A stretch of 64,000 bases of DNA from Demequina sp. (lineage in GTDB: Bacteria > Actinomycetota > Actinomycetes > Actinomycetales > Demequinaceae), in NCBI RefSeq assembly GCF_024642165.1, contig NZ_JAHEBP010000001.1, positions 2,044 through 66,043 on the forward strand, given 5' to 3'. Positions 1 through 10,095 of this stretch are shown here, piece by piece. The first letter of the stretch is position 1; every line of letters begins with the position of its first letter. The notes beneath the pieces are model-generated. The model did no database searches. It was not told the origin of the DNA and worked only from the letters and a program-made list of their open reading frames with translations. Made by a program: the position numbers and the translations under genes.

Positions 1-1
1 G

Positions 2-868
2 GCGCGCCTGGGCGTGCTCTCCGAGGTCGCCGACGATTGGGACCAGCTGGTCCAGCGCCTGCGCGCCTCCACGGCTGAGCTGCGGCCCGCAGAACTCGAC
101 GGGCGGATGGAGAACCTGTGGTGGCAGACGCTGGTGGGCACATCCGACGATGACGGCGTGATGGCGTGGGGGCGCCTCGAGGGCTACCTGATCAAGGCGA
201 TGCGCGAGGCCAAGACGCACACCACCTGGACGTCCGTGGACGAGAACTACGAGCTCCAGGTGCTGTGGTTCGCGCAGACCACTCACGCCGACCCGGCGGT
301 GCGCGAGGAGGTGGCGGCGTGGAACCGGGCCACGGCCGCCGGGGTGCGCACCGCGATCCTGGCGCAGAAGATCATCCAGCTCACGATGCCCGGGGTTCCC
401 GACGTGTACCAGGGCACCGAGACCGTCGCGCCCAGCCTGGTCGACCCGGACAACCGCCGGCCCGTGGACTTCGACGCGCGGCAGGAGATGCTGGCGCGCG
501 TGAGCGGCAAGGCGAAGCCGCGCGGCGTCGCGGAGGAGAAGACGCTGGTGACGGCCGCCGCGCTGCGGTTGCGGCGCGACCATGCGGACGCGTTCACGGG
601 ACCGGGCGCGGGCTACCTGCCGCTGCCCGCCTCCAGCGGCCACGCCGTGGTCTTCGCCCGCACCGCGGACGATGACCCGCGCGTGATCACCGTCGCGACC
701 AGGGTCGCCATCGAGCTCGAAAGGCTCGGCGGCTGGGCGGAGCACACCGTGCAGCTCCCGCCGGGCACGTGGCGCGACGTGATCGGCCGCAACACGTTCG
801 AGGGCGGCGCGGTGCCGCTCGCCTCGATACTCAAGGCCCACCCTGTCGCCCTGCTGGAGCGGGCATGA
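2..868 (+). CDS. treY: Malto-oligosyltrehalose synthase, C-terminal part (5' truncated by window edge)
   Basis: KAMREAKTHTTW and TMPGVPDVYQGTE...SLVDPDNRRPVDF motifs; frame open from window start; ATGA overlap with treZ. Confidence 0.95.
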   Translation, partial: ARLGVLSEVADDWDQLVQRLRASTAELRPAELDGRMENLWWQTLVGTSDDDGVMAWGRLEGYLIKAMREAKTHTTWTSVDENYELQVLWFAQTTHADPAVREEVAAWNRATAAGVRTAILAQKIIQLTMPGVPDVYQGTETVAPSLVDPDNRRPVDFDARQEMLARVSGKAKPRGVAEEKTLVTAAALRLRRDHADAFTGPGAGYLPLPASSGHAVVFARTADDDPRVITVATRVAIELERLGGWAEHTVQLPPGTWRDVIGRNTFEGGAVPLASILKAHPVALLERA

Positions 869-2613
869 GCGGGCCGGCGCGCGTCTGGGCGCCCGACGCA
901 TCGTCCGTCTCCTGCGTGCTCGGCGAAGACGGCGAACAGGGCACGCACCCGATGATCAGGGATCAGGGTCGTGTGGGGTGGTGGCTGGGTCCGGAGCTGG
1001 CGTCCGGCACCGACTACGCGTTCGTCGTCGACGGCAGCGGCCCGCTGCCGGACCCGCGCAGCGCGTGGCAGGCCCACGGCGTGCATGGACCCTCACGCGC
1101 GTTCGACGCGGCGGAGCACTCCTGGACCGACGACTCTTGGGCAGGTATCGACGCGCGTGGCGCGGTCCACTACGAGCTGCACGTCGGAACGTTCACCCCG
1201 CGTGGCACGCTCGACGCGATCGACGAACGCCAACTGCGGGATCTCGCCGCACGCGGCATACAGATGATCGAGCTGATGCCGCTGGCCGCGTTCCCGGGCG
1301 ACCGCGGCTGGGGCTACGACGGCGTCGCGCTGTACTCGGTTCACGACGCATACGGCGGCCCCGCCGCCCTGCAGCGGCTCGTCGACCGCGCCCACGCCCA
1401 GGGCCTGGGCGTCTGCCTCGACGTGGTCTACAACCACCTGGGTCCCGACGGCAACTACCTGGCCCAATACGGCCCGTACTTCACCGACGCGCACGAGACA
1501 CCGTGGGGCTGGGCGGTCAACGTCGACCAGCCGGGCTCGGAGGGCATGCGGGGCTTCATCGTCGACAACGCCCTGCGGTGGTTCGAGGACTTCCACGTCG
1601 ACGCGCTGCGGCTCGACGCGGTCCACGCGTTGGTCGACGACTCGAGTCCGCACATCCTCGCCGAGCTCGCCGACGCGACGGCTCGCCTGGCGACGAGCAT
1701 GGGCCGTCCGCTGTCGCTCACCGCCGAGTCCGACCTCAACGACGCCTCGATGGTGACGCCCACCGCCGAGGGCGGGCTCGGCATGACGGCGCAGTGGGCG
1801 GACGACGTGCACCATGCGCTGCACGCCTACCTGACCGGCGAGACCCACGGGTACTACGCAGACTTCGCTGGCATCGCCGCACTGGACAAGGTGTATCGGC
1901 ACGTCTTCCTCCATGACGGCACGTTCTCGACCTTCCGCGGCGAGGATTGGGGCCGCCCCGTGCCTGCGGACGTGGACAGGCGCCGGTTCGTGGTCTTCGC
2001 CTCGAACCACGACCAGGTGGGCAACCGCGCCATCGGCGACCGTCCCTCCGCGCGGCTGTCGCAGGGAGGCCAGGCGGCTTCCCTCGCCCTGGTCCTGCTG
2101 TCGCCATTCACCCCCATGCTCTTCATGGGCGAGGAGTACGGCGAGACGCGTCCGTTCATGTTCTTCACGGACCACGACGAGCCGCTGGGTACCGCGGTCT
2201 CCGAGGGGCGCATGAGCGAGTTCGCGGGCCACGGCTGGGAGGAGCTGTACGGCGGCCAGGTCGACGTGCCGGATCCGCAGGACCGTCAGACGTTCCTCCG
2301 GTCCAAGCTGGGCTCGGGCGTCGCGGCAACCACCGACGCGAACCGCCGGATCGAGGCATGGGTGGCGGCGGTGATGGGGGCGCGGGAGCGCACGCTCAGC
2401 GACGACGCGTGGCGCCGGCATCCCGCGGGCGCCTCGGAGAGCGCGCCGCGACAGCTGACCATGCACGGCCCTGTCGAGGTCCACGCCAACCTCTCCGCTG
2501 AGCCGATGCGGGTCGAGGCGGGGGCGCTGCTCGCGGCCTTCGGAGCGGCCACATGGACCGACGGCACGCTGGAGCTCGCGCCGGACGCGGTGGCACTCAC
2601 CACCCTCGGCTGA
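865..2613 (+). CDS. treZ: Malto-oligosyltrehalose trehalohydrolase (GH13)
   Basis: RVWAP start, YELHVGTF, WGYDG, LDVVYNH, LRLDAVHA, NHDQVGNR motifs; ATG at 865 overlaps the treY stop. Confidence 0.96.
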   Translation: MSGPARVWAPDASSVSCVLGEDGEQGTHPMIRDQGRVGWWLGPELASGTDYAFVVDGSGPLPDPRSAWQAHGVHGPSRAFDAAEHSWTDDSWAGIDARGAVHYELHVGTFTPRGTLDAIDERQLRDLAARGIQMIELMPLAAFPGDRGWGYDGVALYSVHDAYGGPAALQRLVDRAHAQGLGVCLDVVYNHLGPDGNYLAQYGPYFTDAHETPWGWAVNVDQPGSEGMRGFIVDNALRWFEDFHVDALRLDAVHALVDDSSPHILAELADATARLATSMGRPLSLTAESDLNDASMVTPTAEGGLGMTAQWADDVHHALHAYLTGETHGYYADFAGIAALDKVYRHVFLHDGTFSTFRGEDWGRPVPADVDRRRFVVFASNHDQVGNRAIGDRPSARLSQGGQAASLALVLLSPFTPMLFMGEEYGETRPFMFFTDHDEPLGTAVSEGRMSEFAGHGWEELYGGQVDVPDPQDRQTFLRSKLGSGVAATTDANRRIEAWVAAVMGARERTLSDDAWRRHPAGASESAPRQLTMHGPVEVHANLSAEPMRVEAGALLAAFGAATWTDGTLELAPDAVALTTLG

Positions 2614-2750
2614 GGCGCTCTTGAGGTCGACCGGCGGCGCACCCGCGGACCCGAAGCGGCGCACGCCGCCGAAGGCCGCCGCTTGGGCCTAGTCTCTGAC
2701 GTGGAGAGCGCACCGGACCAGGGCGGACGGTCGCACCGCGAGGAGGAATC

Positions 2751-4163
2751 ATGGCGGGGATGACGAAGGCCCAGATCGAGGCCCGGCTGGCGGCGGTGGA
2801 GGCCGAGAACGCCAGGCTCAGAGCAGTCGAGGACGACAACCGGAGCCTGCGCGACGAGCTCGCCGCGGCGAGCGCCGCCCGTGACGAGCGCTCCCCCGAG
2901 GTCGCGGCGCCGCGCCGACGCACCCGCGGCAGGGCGTTCCTGGGCATGACGCTGATCGTGATCGCGACCCTGCTGGCGCCCATGGCGACGGTGGTCTCGT
3001 TCACCGCACGCCAGGCGAGCGACACCCCATCGTTCGTCCGCACGCTCGCTCCCCTGGCCGACGAGCCGGCCGTCAAGGCGCTGATCGTAGATCGCGCGGC
3101 CCGCGCGATCGACGAGGCGCTCGACCCCGACGCGCTCGTGGCCGATCTCCTCGACAAGGTGATCGACGCCGACGCGACGCCCCGGCTCGCGCGCGCGTCC
3201 GACCTGCTCGGGCCTCTGCTCGCGGACCAGGCTCGGGTCGCGATCCGGAGCGCGCTCGGGACCGTGGTCGAGTCTGACGCGTTCGCGACGGTGTGGGAGC
3301 AGGCGCTGCAACTCACCCACAGGCAGCTGCTCGCCGCGATCGAGGCCAACCCGGACGGCGCCGTCGAGATCAGCGACTCCGGCGTGGTGGCGATCCAGCT
3401 CGGACCCATCATCGCGGCGCTCAAGCCCGCCCTTGTCGAGGCCGGCTTCACCCTGGCGGACTCGATCCCCGAGGTGTCCGCCTCGATCACCGTGGCCGAG
3501 CTGCCGTCGATCGCGCGGGCGCGGCTCGGGTACTCGGCGCTCACGACCGTGGGCGACGTGCTGCCGTGGATCGCGCTCGTCCTGCTCGTGATCGGCATCG
3601 TGGTCCATCCCCGCCGGCCCCGCGCGGTGGTGGTCGCGGGCACGCTGATCCTCGTCACGGGAGCCGCGGTGGGTGGCGCGATCGTGATCGGCGGGTCGAT
3701 CACTGCGGCTGCGATCGCCGCCCAGGTGCCGACGGATGCCACCGATGCCATCTACCGCTCGCTCACGGGCGAATCGGGGGCCGCCATGCTCGCCTACGTG
3801 GTCCTCGGCGCCGTCGCCGTCACCGCCGGGCTCATCGCGGGTGGCAGCGACGGGGCCGTCGCACTCCGGCGCTCGGGCGGCGCCCTCCTCGCCCGCGGAT
3901 CCGCCGCGCTCGACAACCGCGGCTGGCGGCCCGATGGCCTCCCGGCGGTGCTCCGGCGCCAGGGTTGGCTCCTCTGGCTATGGCTCGGCGCCCTGCTCCT
4001 CATCATGTTCGCGACCATGCGGCCGCTCACGGTGAGCGACGTCATCGTCGTGACGATCGTGTTGGGGCTCGCCGCGGCCCTCTACGGGGTGCTCGCGGGG
4101 ACGTCCGAACCTACTACCACCCCCGAGGAAGCGCAGGCGGCCGAGCACGCGATCACCACGTAG
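2751..4163 (+). CDS. Integral membrane protein (N-terminal coiled coil, TM, large soluble domain, multi-TM C-terminus), function unknown
   Basis: GAGGAGG RBS before ATG; heptad-like N-terminus; several hydrophobic helices. Confidence 0.8.
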   Translation: MAGMTKAQIEARLAAVEAENARLRAVEDDNRSLRDELAAASAARDERSPEVAAPRRRTRGRAFLGMTLIVIATLLAPMATVVSFTARQASDTPSFVRTLAPLADEPAVKALIVDRAARAIDEALDPDALVADLLDKVIDADATPRLARASDLLGPLLADQARVAIRSALGTVVESDAFATVWEQALQLTHRQLLAAIEANPDGAVEISDSGVVAIQLGPIIAALKPALVEAGFTLADSIPEVSASITVAELPSIARARLGYSALTTVGDVLPWIALVLLVIGIVVHPRRPRAVVVAGTLILVTGAAVGGAIVIGGSITAAAIAAQVPTDATDAIYRSLTGESGAAMLAYVVLGAVAVTAGLIAGGSDGAVALRRSGGALLARGSAALDNRGWRPDGLPAVLRRQGWLLWLWLGALLLIMFATMRPLTVSDVIVVTIVLGLAAALYGVLAGTSEPTTTPEEAQAAEHAITT

Positions 4164-4194
4164 TGCCCAGTCACGCGACGCCCAGGCGGCAACA

Positions 4195-4908
4195 CTAGAC
4201 CGCGGCGACGTCGGGGGATGCCGCCGGCCGAGGCGCGTCGACGGGCCTGCGCATCAGGACGATGCCGAACGCGACCAGCCACACGGTGGTCCCGGGGATG
4301 GCGAGCATGTAGAGGATCCACACCAGCGACGAGTCGAAACCGAATACGCCGCCGAACCCCACCAGGATCCGGAACGCCGGCACCACGCCCAGCACGCACA
4401 GCCACCTGGGTAGCGTCCGCGCCCTGAAGCCGAGCACGCTCAGGCCCACGGCCCAGGCGCACATCGCGACGATCCCGCCCGCTCCGAGCGCCTGCGTCCC
4501 CACCATCTGCACGGCCAGGTACGCCGACTCACCCCAGCCGGAGTCGATCCGATCGACGTGCAGCAACGTGCTCGCGGAGGCCAACCTCAGCGCGCCGTGC
4601 GGGACGAACAGCGCGGCCGCAAAGAGCCCGAATGCGGTGGCGACCCGCAGCCCGAGCGAGCGCGAGGTGGTCGCGGCGAACCTCTCGAACACCGCGAGGA
4701 CCGCCACCGTGAGGCTCAGCGACATCGCGAGCAGCAGCACGCCGGACACCCGGTACAGGTACGAGTGCTCGCGCAGGAAGGCCACCATCACCGCCGGGTC
4801 GTCCGTGTCCTCGAAGCCCAGCAGCGGAGGCATGGCCTCCACCACCGTCCAGGCGAACCCGATGAGCCCGAAAGCCAGCGTGGCGATGCCCGCGGTCAAC
4901 CTCTTCAC
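4195..4908 (-). CDS. Multi-pass membrane protein (DUF4386-like)
   Basis: GGGAGG RBS before GTG at 4908; about six hydrophobic segments; LPRWL motif near C-terminus. Confidence 0.65.
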   Translation of the reverse strand: MKRLTAGIATLAFGLIGFAWTVVEAMPPLLGFEDTDDPAVMVAFLREHSYLYRVSGVLLLAMSLSLTVAVLAVFERFAATTSRSLGLRVATAFGLFAAALFVPHGALRLASASTLLHVDRIDSGWGESAYLAVQMVGTQALGAGGIVAMCAWAVGLSVLGFRARTLPRWLCVLGVVPAFRILVGFGGVFGFDSSLVWILYMLAIPGTTVWLVAFGIVLMRRPVDAPRPAASPDVAAV

Positions 4909-5001
4909 GGCGGCCTCCCGGGCTCCGGTGCAACGTCCACATGATGCGCCCGTAAGCCCCACGCCGACAAGCCCTCCCGGCGGCGCGGGCGTCGGCGGCA
5001 C

Positions 5002-5184
5002 TCAGGAAGCGAGCGCCTCGAAGACGTCGTAGATCAGGAACGCGGGCCACACCAGGGCCTGCAGCAACGCGCCCACGTGGTTCCAGAACCCGTCCGCCTG
5101 CTGCCAGAACCACACGGCGGATCCGATCATCGCCAGGAAGTAGCCGCCTCCCCAGCCGGCCGCCGCACCGTTGCCGTTGCTCAT
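5002..5184 (-). CDS. Small 60-aa two-TM membrane protein
   Basis: MSNGNGAAAGWGGGYFLAMIGSAVWFWQQADGFW...ALVWPAFLIY; AAGGGGG RBS-like sequence upstream. Confidence 0.8.
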   Translation of the reverse strand: MSNGNGAAAGWGGGYFLAMIGSAVWFWQQADGFWNHVGALLQALVWPAFLIYDVFEALAS

Positions 5185-5295
5185 CGCTCGCCCCCTTCGG
5201 ACGCGGGTCTCCGCACGTCCTCGCTTCCATCCTTCCACCGCCCGCGCCGCCCGGCGACTAGGGTGAGAAATCGAGCGAGCATCAGGGAGGATGCG

Positions 5296-6201
5296 ATGGG
5301 CAAGAAGGGTTGGCACGGCCGGGCTGCGGACGCGCTCCGCGTGGGACCAGGCTTCGATCTCAGCGCGTTCGATCCGGCGACCACGCCGGGATACCACGGC
5401 GGCCGCAAGGCCGCCGAACGCCTGATGAGGCGGCGCGGCAAGGATCTCTCGGAGCTCCAGGAGCGGCTCTACGCGAACGGCCGCTCGGGGGGGACCCGGT
5501 CCGTGCTGCTGGTGCTCCAGGGCATGGACACCGCCGGCAAGGGCGGGATCGTCCGCCATGTGATCGGCATGGTCGACCCGCAGGGCGTCCAGGCCCGCAG
5601 CTTCGGCGTGCCCTCCGAGGAGGAGCGCGCCCACCACTACCTGTGGCGCATCGAGCGTGCGTTGCCCGCGGGCGGCCGCATCGGCGTGTTCGATCGCTCC
5701 CACTACGAGGACGTGTTGGTGGTGCGGGTTCACGACCTGGTTCCGCCGGACGTCTGGGGTGCGCGCTACGAGGAGATCAATGCGTGGGAGCAGCGCCGCG
5801 TCGACGAGGGCGTCGTGATCGTCAAGTGCGCGCTGATGGTCTCACCCGGGGTCCAGCTGGACCGTCTGGACCAGCGGCTTCACCGTCCGGACAAGTACTG
5901 GAAGTACAACCCCAGCGACATCGACGAGCGCGCGCACTGGCCGCACTACATGGACGCCTACCAGGCCGTCTTCGATCGCACCTCGACCGACGTCGCGCCG
6001 TGGCACGTGATCCCCGCCAACCACAAGTGGTTCGCCCGTCTCGCGGTGACCGAGCTGCTCACGCGCGCGATGGAGGGCATGGAGCTCGAGTGGCCGGCCG
6101 CGGACTTCGACGTCGAGCACGAGCGCGCGCGGCTCGCCGCACTGCGGAGGGACGATGCGGGGGGCGCCGCGAGCGGCGCGGCAGGCGCGGCCCCGGGGTG
6201 A
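5296..6201 (+). CDS. ppk2: Polyphosphate kinase 2 family (polyP:nucleotide phosphotransferase)
   Basis: QGMDTAGKGG Walker A, HHYLWR, FDRSHYEDVL motifs; GGGAGG RBS. Confidence 0.95.
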   Translation: MGKKGWHGRAADALRVGPGFDLSAFDPATTPGYHGGRKAAERLMRRRGKDLSELQERLYANGRSGGTRSVLLVLQGMDTAGKGGIVRHVIGMVDPQGVQARSFGVPSEEERAHHYLWRIERALPAGGRIGVFDRSHYEDVLVVRVHDLVPPDVWGARYEEINAWEQRRVDEGVVIVKCALMVSPGVQLDRLDQRLHRPDKYWKYNPSDIDERAHWPHYMDAYQAVFDRTSTDVAPWHVIPANHKWFARLAVTELLTRAMEGMELEWPAADFDVEHERARLAALRRDDAGGAASGAAGAAPG

Positions 6202-6202
6202 C

Positions 6203-7198
6203 CTAGACGGGTCGCGTGTGATCGAGGGCGGCGTGAGCCATCGACTCGAGCCGCGAGAGCGCACGCAGGTACTTCTTGCGGTAGCCACCGCGCATCATGT
6301 CGGGCGTGAAGATCGAGGGGAGGGGCTCCCCCGACGCTGCGATCACCGCGTCACGGTCGTACAGCCGGTCCACGAGCGCGACCACCCGTAGCGCCTGATT
6401 CTGGTCGGCCAGCGGCCGCACGCCGCTCACGGCCAACCGCGCCACCCCGTCCAGGTAGGCGCCGTAGCGGCTCGGGTGGACGTGGACCAGATCGTCGAGC
6501 AACGCCGTCCACGGCACCAGCGCTCCCCCGTCGCCCTGGGCCAGTTCGGCGAGCGCAGCATCGTCCGCCGGCTCCGGGAAGTCCAGGTCGCCGCGGTGCC
6601 GGTAGTCCGGGCCGTCGATCCGCATCGTCGTGAAGACCCGCGCCACGGCCTGGATCTCGCGCTGGAAGTCGTCGGCGGCGAACCGGCCGTCCCCGAGCGC
6701 ATCGGGAAGCGTGTTGGAGGTCGCCGCCACGCACGCGCCCGAGTCCGTCAGCTCCCGCATCAGGCGCGCCATGATGAGCGTGTCACCGGGATCATCCAGC
6801 TCGAACTCGTCGATGCACACCACCGCGAACTCGGACAGCGCCGCCCGCGCCTGCCGAAACCCCAGCGCTCCCACCAGATTGGTGTACTCCACGAACGTGC
6901 CGAAGGCCGCCTTGGACCCGAGTGCGTGTGCCAGCGCGGCGAGCAGGTGAGTCTTGCCCACGCCGAATCCGCCGTCGAGGTAGAGCCCCTCCCCCGGCCC
7001 CTTGCGCCCGCGGCCTCGGCGCAGGTGCGGCGCCGCGAATCGCGCGACGGCGGCGAGCGCCTGTGCTTGACTGGGGTGCGCAGGGTCGGGCGCGTAGGAA
7101 TCGAAGGACGCCTCGGCGAAGTGCGGCGGAGGCACGAGCGCCGCGATCAGCTCGGCGGGTTCGACAACGGGCCTCCGACCCAGCACGCTCACACTCAC
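6203..7198 (-). CDS. zapE: Cell division ATPase ZapE (AFG1-like)
   Basis: GLYLDGGFGVGKT Walker A, CIDEFELDDPGD, TSNT, DGPDYR; start placed at GTG 7 nt after a TAGGCT -10. Confidence 0.9.
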   Translation of the reverse strand: MSVSVLGRRPVVEPAELIAALVPPPHFAEASFDSYAPDPAHPSQAQALAAVARFAAPHLRRGRGRKGPGEGLYLDGGFGVGKTHLLAALAHALGSKAAFGTFVEYTNLVGALGFRQARAALSEFAVVCIDEFELDDPGDTLIMARLMRELTDSGACVAATSNTLPDALGDGRFAADDFQREIQAVARVFTTMRIDGPDYRHRGDLDFPEPADDAALAELAQGDGGALVPWTALLDDLVHVHPSRYGAYLDGVARLAVSGVRPLADQNQALRVVALVDRLYDRDAVIAASGEPLPSIFTPDMMRGGYRKKYLRALSRLESMAHAALDHTRPV

Positions 7199-7265
7199 GT
7201 GCCCCAGCCTAAGGCGAGCGATCGCCTCCACCGGACCGGGCACCCGGACCAGCGGCGGAGGGGCC

Positions 7266-7991
7266 ATGGCTGAGGGCACGCTCACCCTGCTCGGAGACGC
7301 GCCGGAGGAGATCGCCCCCGACCCTCTGGAAACCCGCCTGCGGACTCTCTACGCGCATCGTCCCGGCGTGGTGCGACTCGGCATGCTCGTGACCACCGAC
7401 GGCAGGGCCGCGGCCGCTGACGGCTCGTCGGGCTCGCTCGGCGGCCCCGAGGACGCGCGGATCATGCACGTGCTGCGGTCGCTGTGCGACGTGGTGGTGG
7501 TGGGTGCGCAGACCGCGCGTCGGGAGCGGTACGCCGACATCGTGCTGCCCGGCCCGATGATCGAGGCCCGCGAGCGACTGGGCCAGCGTGCCACTGTCGA
7601 CATCGCCGTGGCGACCCACGGCGGGATTCTGCCGCCGGGGCTCACGCCCGAGCGCACCTGGGTGCTGACTCACGGCGGCTCGCCCGCGATCTCCCGACTG
7701 GGACCCGCGTGGGCGTCGAGGATCATCATCGCGGGTGCCGACGACCTGTCCCCCCGGACCGCGCTGCGCGAGCTCGTCTCGCACGGCCTGCCGCGCATGC
7801 TGTGCGAGGGCGGACCCACGCTCGCGCGCCGGCTGCTGCAGCGATCGATCATCGACGAGTACTGCCTGACGGAATCCCCCCGTCAGGGGGGAGCGCAGGC
7901 GCCCGAGACGCCCCCGGTGCCGCCCGACATGGCCGCCGCCCACACGCTCGACGGCGGCGGCTTCACGATGCGCCGCTGGGTGCGGCGCTAG
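7266..7991 (+). CDS. RibD C-terminal reductase / DHFR-like pyrimidine reductase (Rv2671-like)
   Basis: TTDG..GSSGSLG, DVVVVGAQT, LCEGGPTL, IDEYCLT motifs; divergent from zapE as in other actinobacteria. Confidence 0.85.
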   Translation: MAEGTLTLLGDAPEEIAPDPLETRLRTLYAHRPGVVRLGMLVTTDGRAAAADGSSGSLGGPEDARIMHVLRSLCDVVVVGAQTARRERYADIVLPGPMIEARERLGQRATVDIAVATHGGILPPGLTPERTWVLTHGGSPAISRLGPAWASRIIIAGADDLSPRTALRELVSHGLPRMLCEGGPTLARRLLQRSIIDEYCLTESPRQGGAQAPETPPVPPDMAAAHTLDGGGFTMRRWVRR

Positions 7992-7994
7992 GGG

Positions 7995-9431
7995 CTACGC
8001 CTCGATCTCGGTGCGATCGCCCGACCACTGCGTGTGGAAGGTGCCGTCCATGTCGACGCGCTGGTAGGTGTGCGCGCCAAAGAAGTCGCGCTGGCCCTGG
8101 ATGAGCGCGGCGGGCAGGCGCTCCGCGCGCAGCGAGTCGTAGTACGCGAGCGACGAGGCGAAGGCCGGGGCCGGCACACCCGTCAGCGCGGACTGTGCGA
8201 CCACGCGCCGCCAAGCGCCCACGCCGCCGGCGATCTCGTCGGAGAAGTACGGGTCCACCAGCAGGGTCGGCAGGTCCGCGTCGCGCTCGAACGCCTCCGT
8301 GATGCGGTCGAGGAAGCGCGCGCGGATGATGCAGCCCGCACGCCAGATCTTCGCCATGTCACCCAGCGTGATGTCCCAGCCGAACTCCTCGGAGGCCGCC
8401 CGGATCTGGTCGAATCCCTGCGCGTACGCCACCACCTTGGACGCGTACAGCGCCAGGCGCACGTCCTCGACGAACCCCTCGCGGTTGTTGATGTGGAAGT
8501 CGCCGGTCGAGGCGGTCAGCACGTCGCGGGCCGCGGCGCGCTGGGCGACCTGCGAGGAGATGGCGCGGGCGAACGTGGCCTCGGCGATGCCGGTCACGGG
8601 CACGCCCAGGTCGAGCGCGGCCTTCACCGTCCAACGGCCGGTGCCCTTCTGGCCCGCCTCGTCCTTGATGACGTCGACCAGGGCCCTGCCCGTACGCGCG
8701 TCCGTCTGGCGCAGCACCTCGGCCGTGATCTCGATGAGGAAGGACTCGAGGTCCCCCTGGTTCCACTCGGCGAAGATGTCGGCGATCTGCTCCGGATCCA
8801 GGTCGAGGCCGGTGCGCAGCAGGTCGTACGCCTCGCCGATCAGTTGCATGTCCGCGTACTCGATGCCGTTGTGGACCATCTTCACGAAGTGGCCGGCGCC
8901 ATCGGGACCCACGTGCACGCAGCACGGCGTGCCGTCCTCCGCCTTCGCCGCGATCTTCTCGAGGATCGGACCCAGCGTCACGTAGGACTCGGCGGGACCG
9001 CCGGGCATGATCGACGGGCCCAGCAGGGCACCCTCCTCACCCCCGGACACGCCCGAGCCCACGAAGTGGAATCCCTGAGCGGCGAGGTCCTTCTCGCGGC
9101 GCATCGTGTCCGTGTACAGCGCGTTGCCGGCGTCGACGATGATGTCCCCGGGCTCGAGCAGTCCCGTGAGCTGCTCGATGACGGCGTCCGTGGGGCCCCC
9201 CGCCTGGACCATGATGACCACCGTGCGGGGGGTCGCCAGCGCGGCCACGAAGTCCTCGAGCGACTCGCAGCCGATGAAGTCGCCCTCGTCGCCGTGCTCC
9301 GCGATCAGCGACCTCATCCGCTCCACCGAGCGGTTGTGCACCGCCACCGTGAAGCCGTTGCGAGCGAAATTCCGTGCGAGGTTGCGGCCCATCACCGCGA
9401 GTCCCGTCACGCCGATCTGAGCGAGCGCCAT
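7995..9431 (-). CDS. gndA: NADP-dependent 6-phosphogluconate dehydrogenase
   Basis: IGVTGLAVMGRNLA, GHFVKMVHNGIEY, QKGTGRWT, QRDFFGAHTY. Confidence 0.97.
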   Translation of the reverse strand: MALAQIGVTGLAVMGRNLARNFARNGFTVAVHNRSVERMRSLIAEHGDEGDFIGCESLEDFVAALATPRTVVIMVQAGGPTDAVIEQLTGLLEPGDIIVDAGNALYTDTMRREKDLAAQGFHFVGSGVSGGEEGALLGPSIMPGGPAESYVTLGPILEKIAAKAEDGTPCCVHVGPDGAGHFVKMVHNGIEYADMQLIGEAYDLLRTGLDLDPEQIADIFAEWNQGDLESFLIEITAEVLRQTDARTGRALVDVIKDEAGQKGTGRWTVKAALDLGVPVTGIAEATFARAISSQVAQRAAARDVLTASTGDFHINNREGFVEDVRLALYASKVVAYAQGFDQIRAASEEFGWDITLGDMAKIWRAGCIIRARFLDRITEAFERDADLPTLLVDPYFSDEIAGGVGAWRRVVAQSALTGVPAPAFASSLAYYDSLRAERLPAALIQGQRDFFGAHTYQRVDMDGTFHTQWSGDRTEIEA

Positions 9432-9534
9432 CGTCCATCCTTCTTCGGGGTCCAAGGGGTACCCGCCAAGCCTAGACGCTCGGCCCGAGCGTGGCGTCAC
9501 CCGGCTGCGAGACGCCCGGGCTTAGGCTCGCGCT

Positions 9535-10095
9535 ATGGCCGGCGATCTCGACACCGCGCCCGCGGATTTCCGCGCGGCGCTGCTCTCGCTACGCCACGCC
9601 CCCACGCATCCGGCGGTGACGCTCACCGAGGTCCCCGCGCCGGGCCGGATCGCGCCGTTCGCCGCCGCGATCAGCGGGGAGCTCGACGTCGACGGGTACG
9701 AGGCGTCGGGCCGGTTCGTGCTGCTGCACGACCCGGACGGCCCGCCCGCCTGGGAGGGAACGATGCGCGTCATCGCCCTGGTCAAGGCCGTGGTCGAGCC
9801 GGAGGTTGGACGGGACGAGCTGTGGGGCGAGGTCGCGTGGTCGTGGCTGTCCGAGTCCCTGGAGGCGGTACCGCACCGGGCGCGCGGTGGCACCGTCACC
9901 AAGGTGTCGTCGGAGTCCTACGGCGAGCTCTCGGGACGCGCCGACGAGGTCACCATCGAACTGCGGGCATCCTGGACGCCAACCACCACCGACCTCGCCC
10001 CGCACATCGTCGCGTGGACCGAACTCATGGCGTCGTGCGCCGGCGTCCCCCCGACGCCCGACGGCGTCAGCACCCTGCCGGGAAGGACCGCGTGA
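9535..10095 (+). CDS. DUF3000 family protein
   Basis: PAPGRIAPFA, ASGRFVLLHDP, EVAWSWL, ELRASWTP; usual position upstream of rnd. Confidence 0.88.
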   Translation: MAGDLDTAPADFRAALLSLRHAPTHPAVTLTEVPAPGRIAPFAAAISGELDVDGYEASGRFVLLHDPDGPPAWEGTMRVIALVKAVVEPEVGRDELWGEVAWSWLSESLEAVPHRARGGTVTKVSSESYGELSGRADEVTIELRASWTPTTTDLAPHIVAWTELMASCAGVPPTPDGVSTLPGRTA

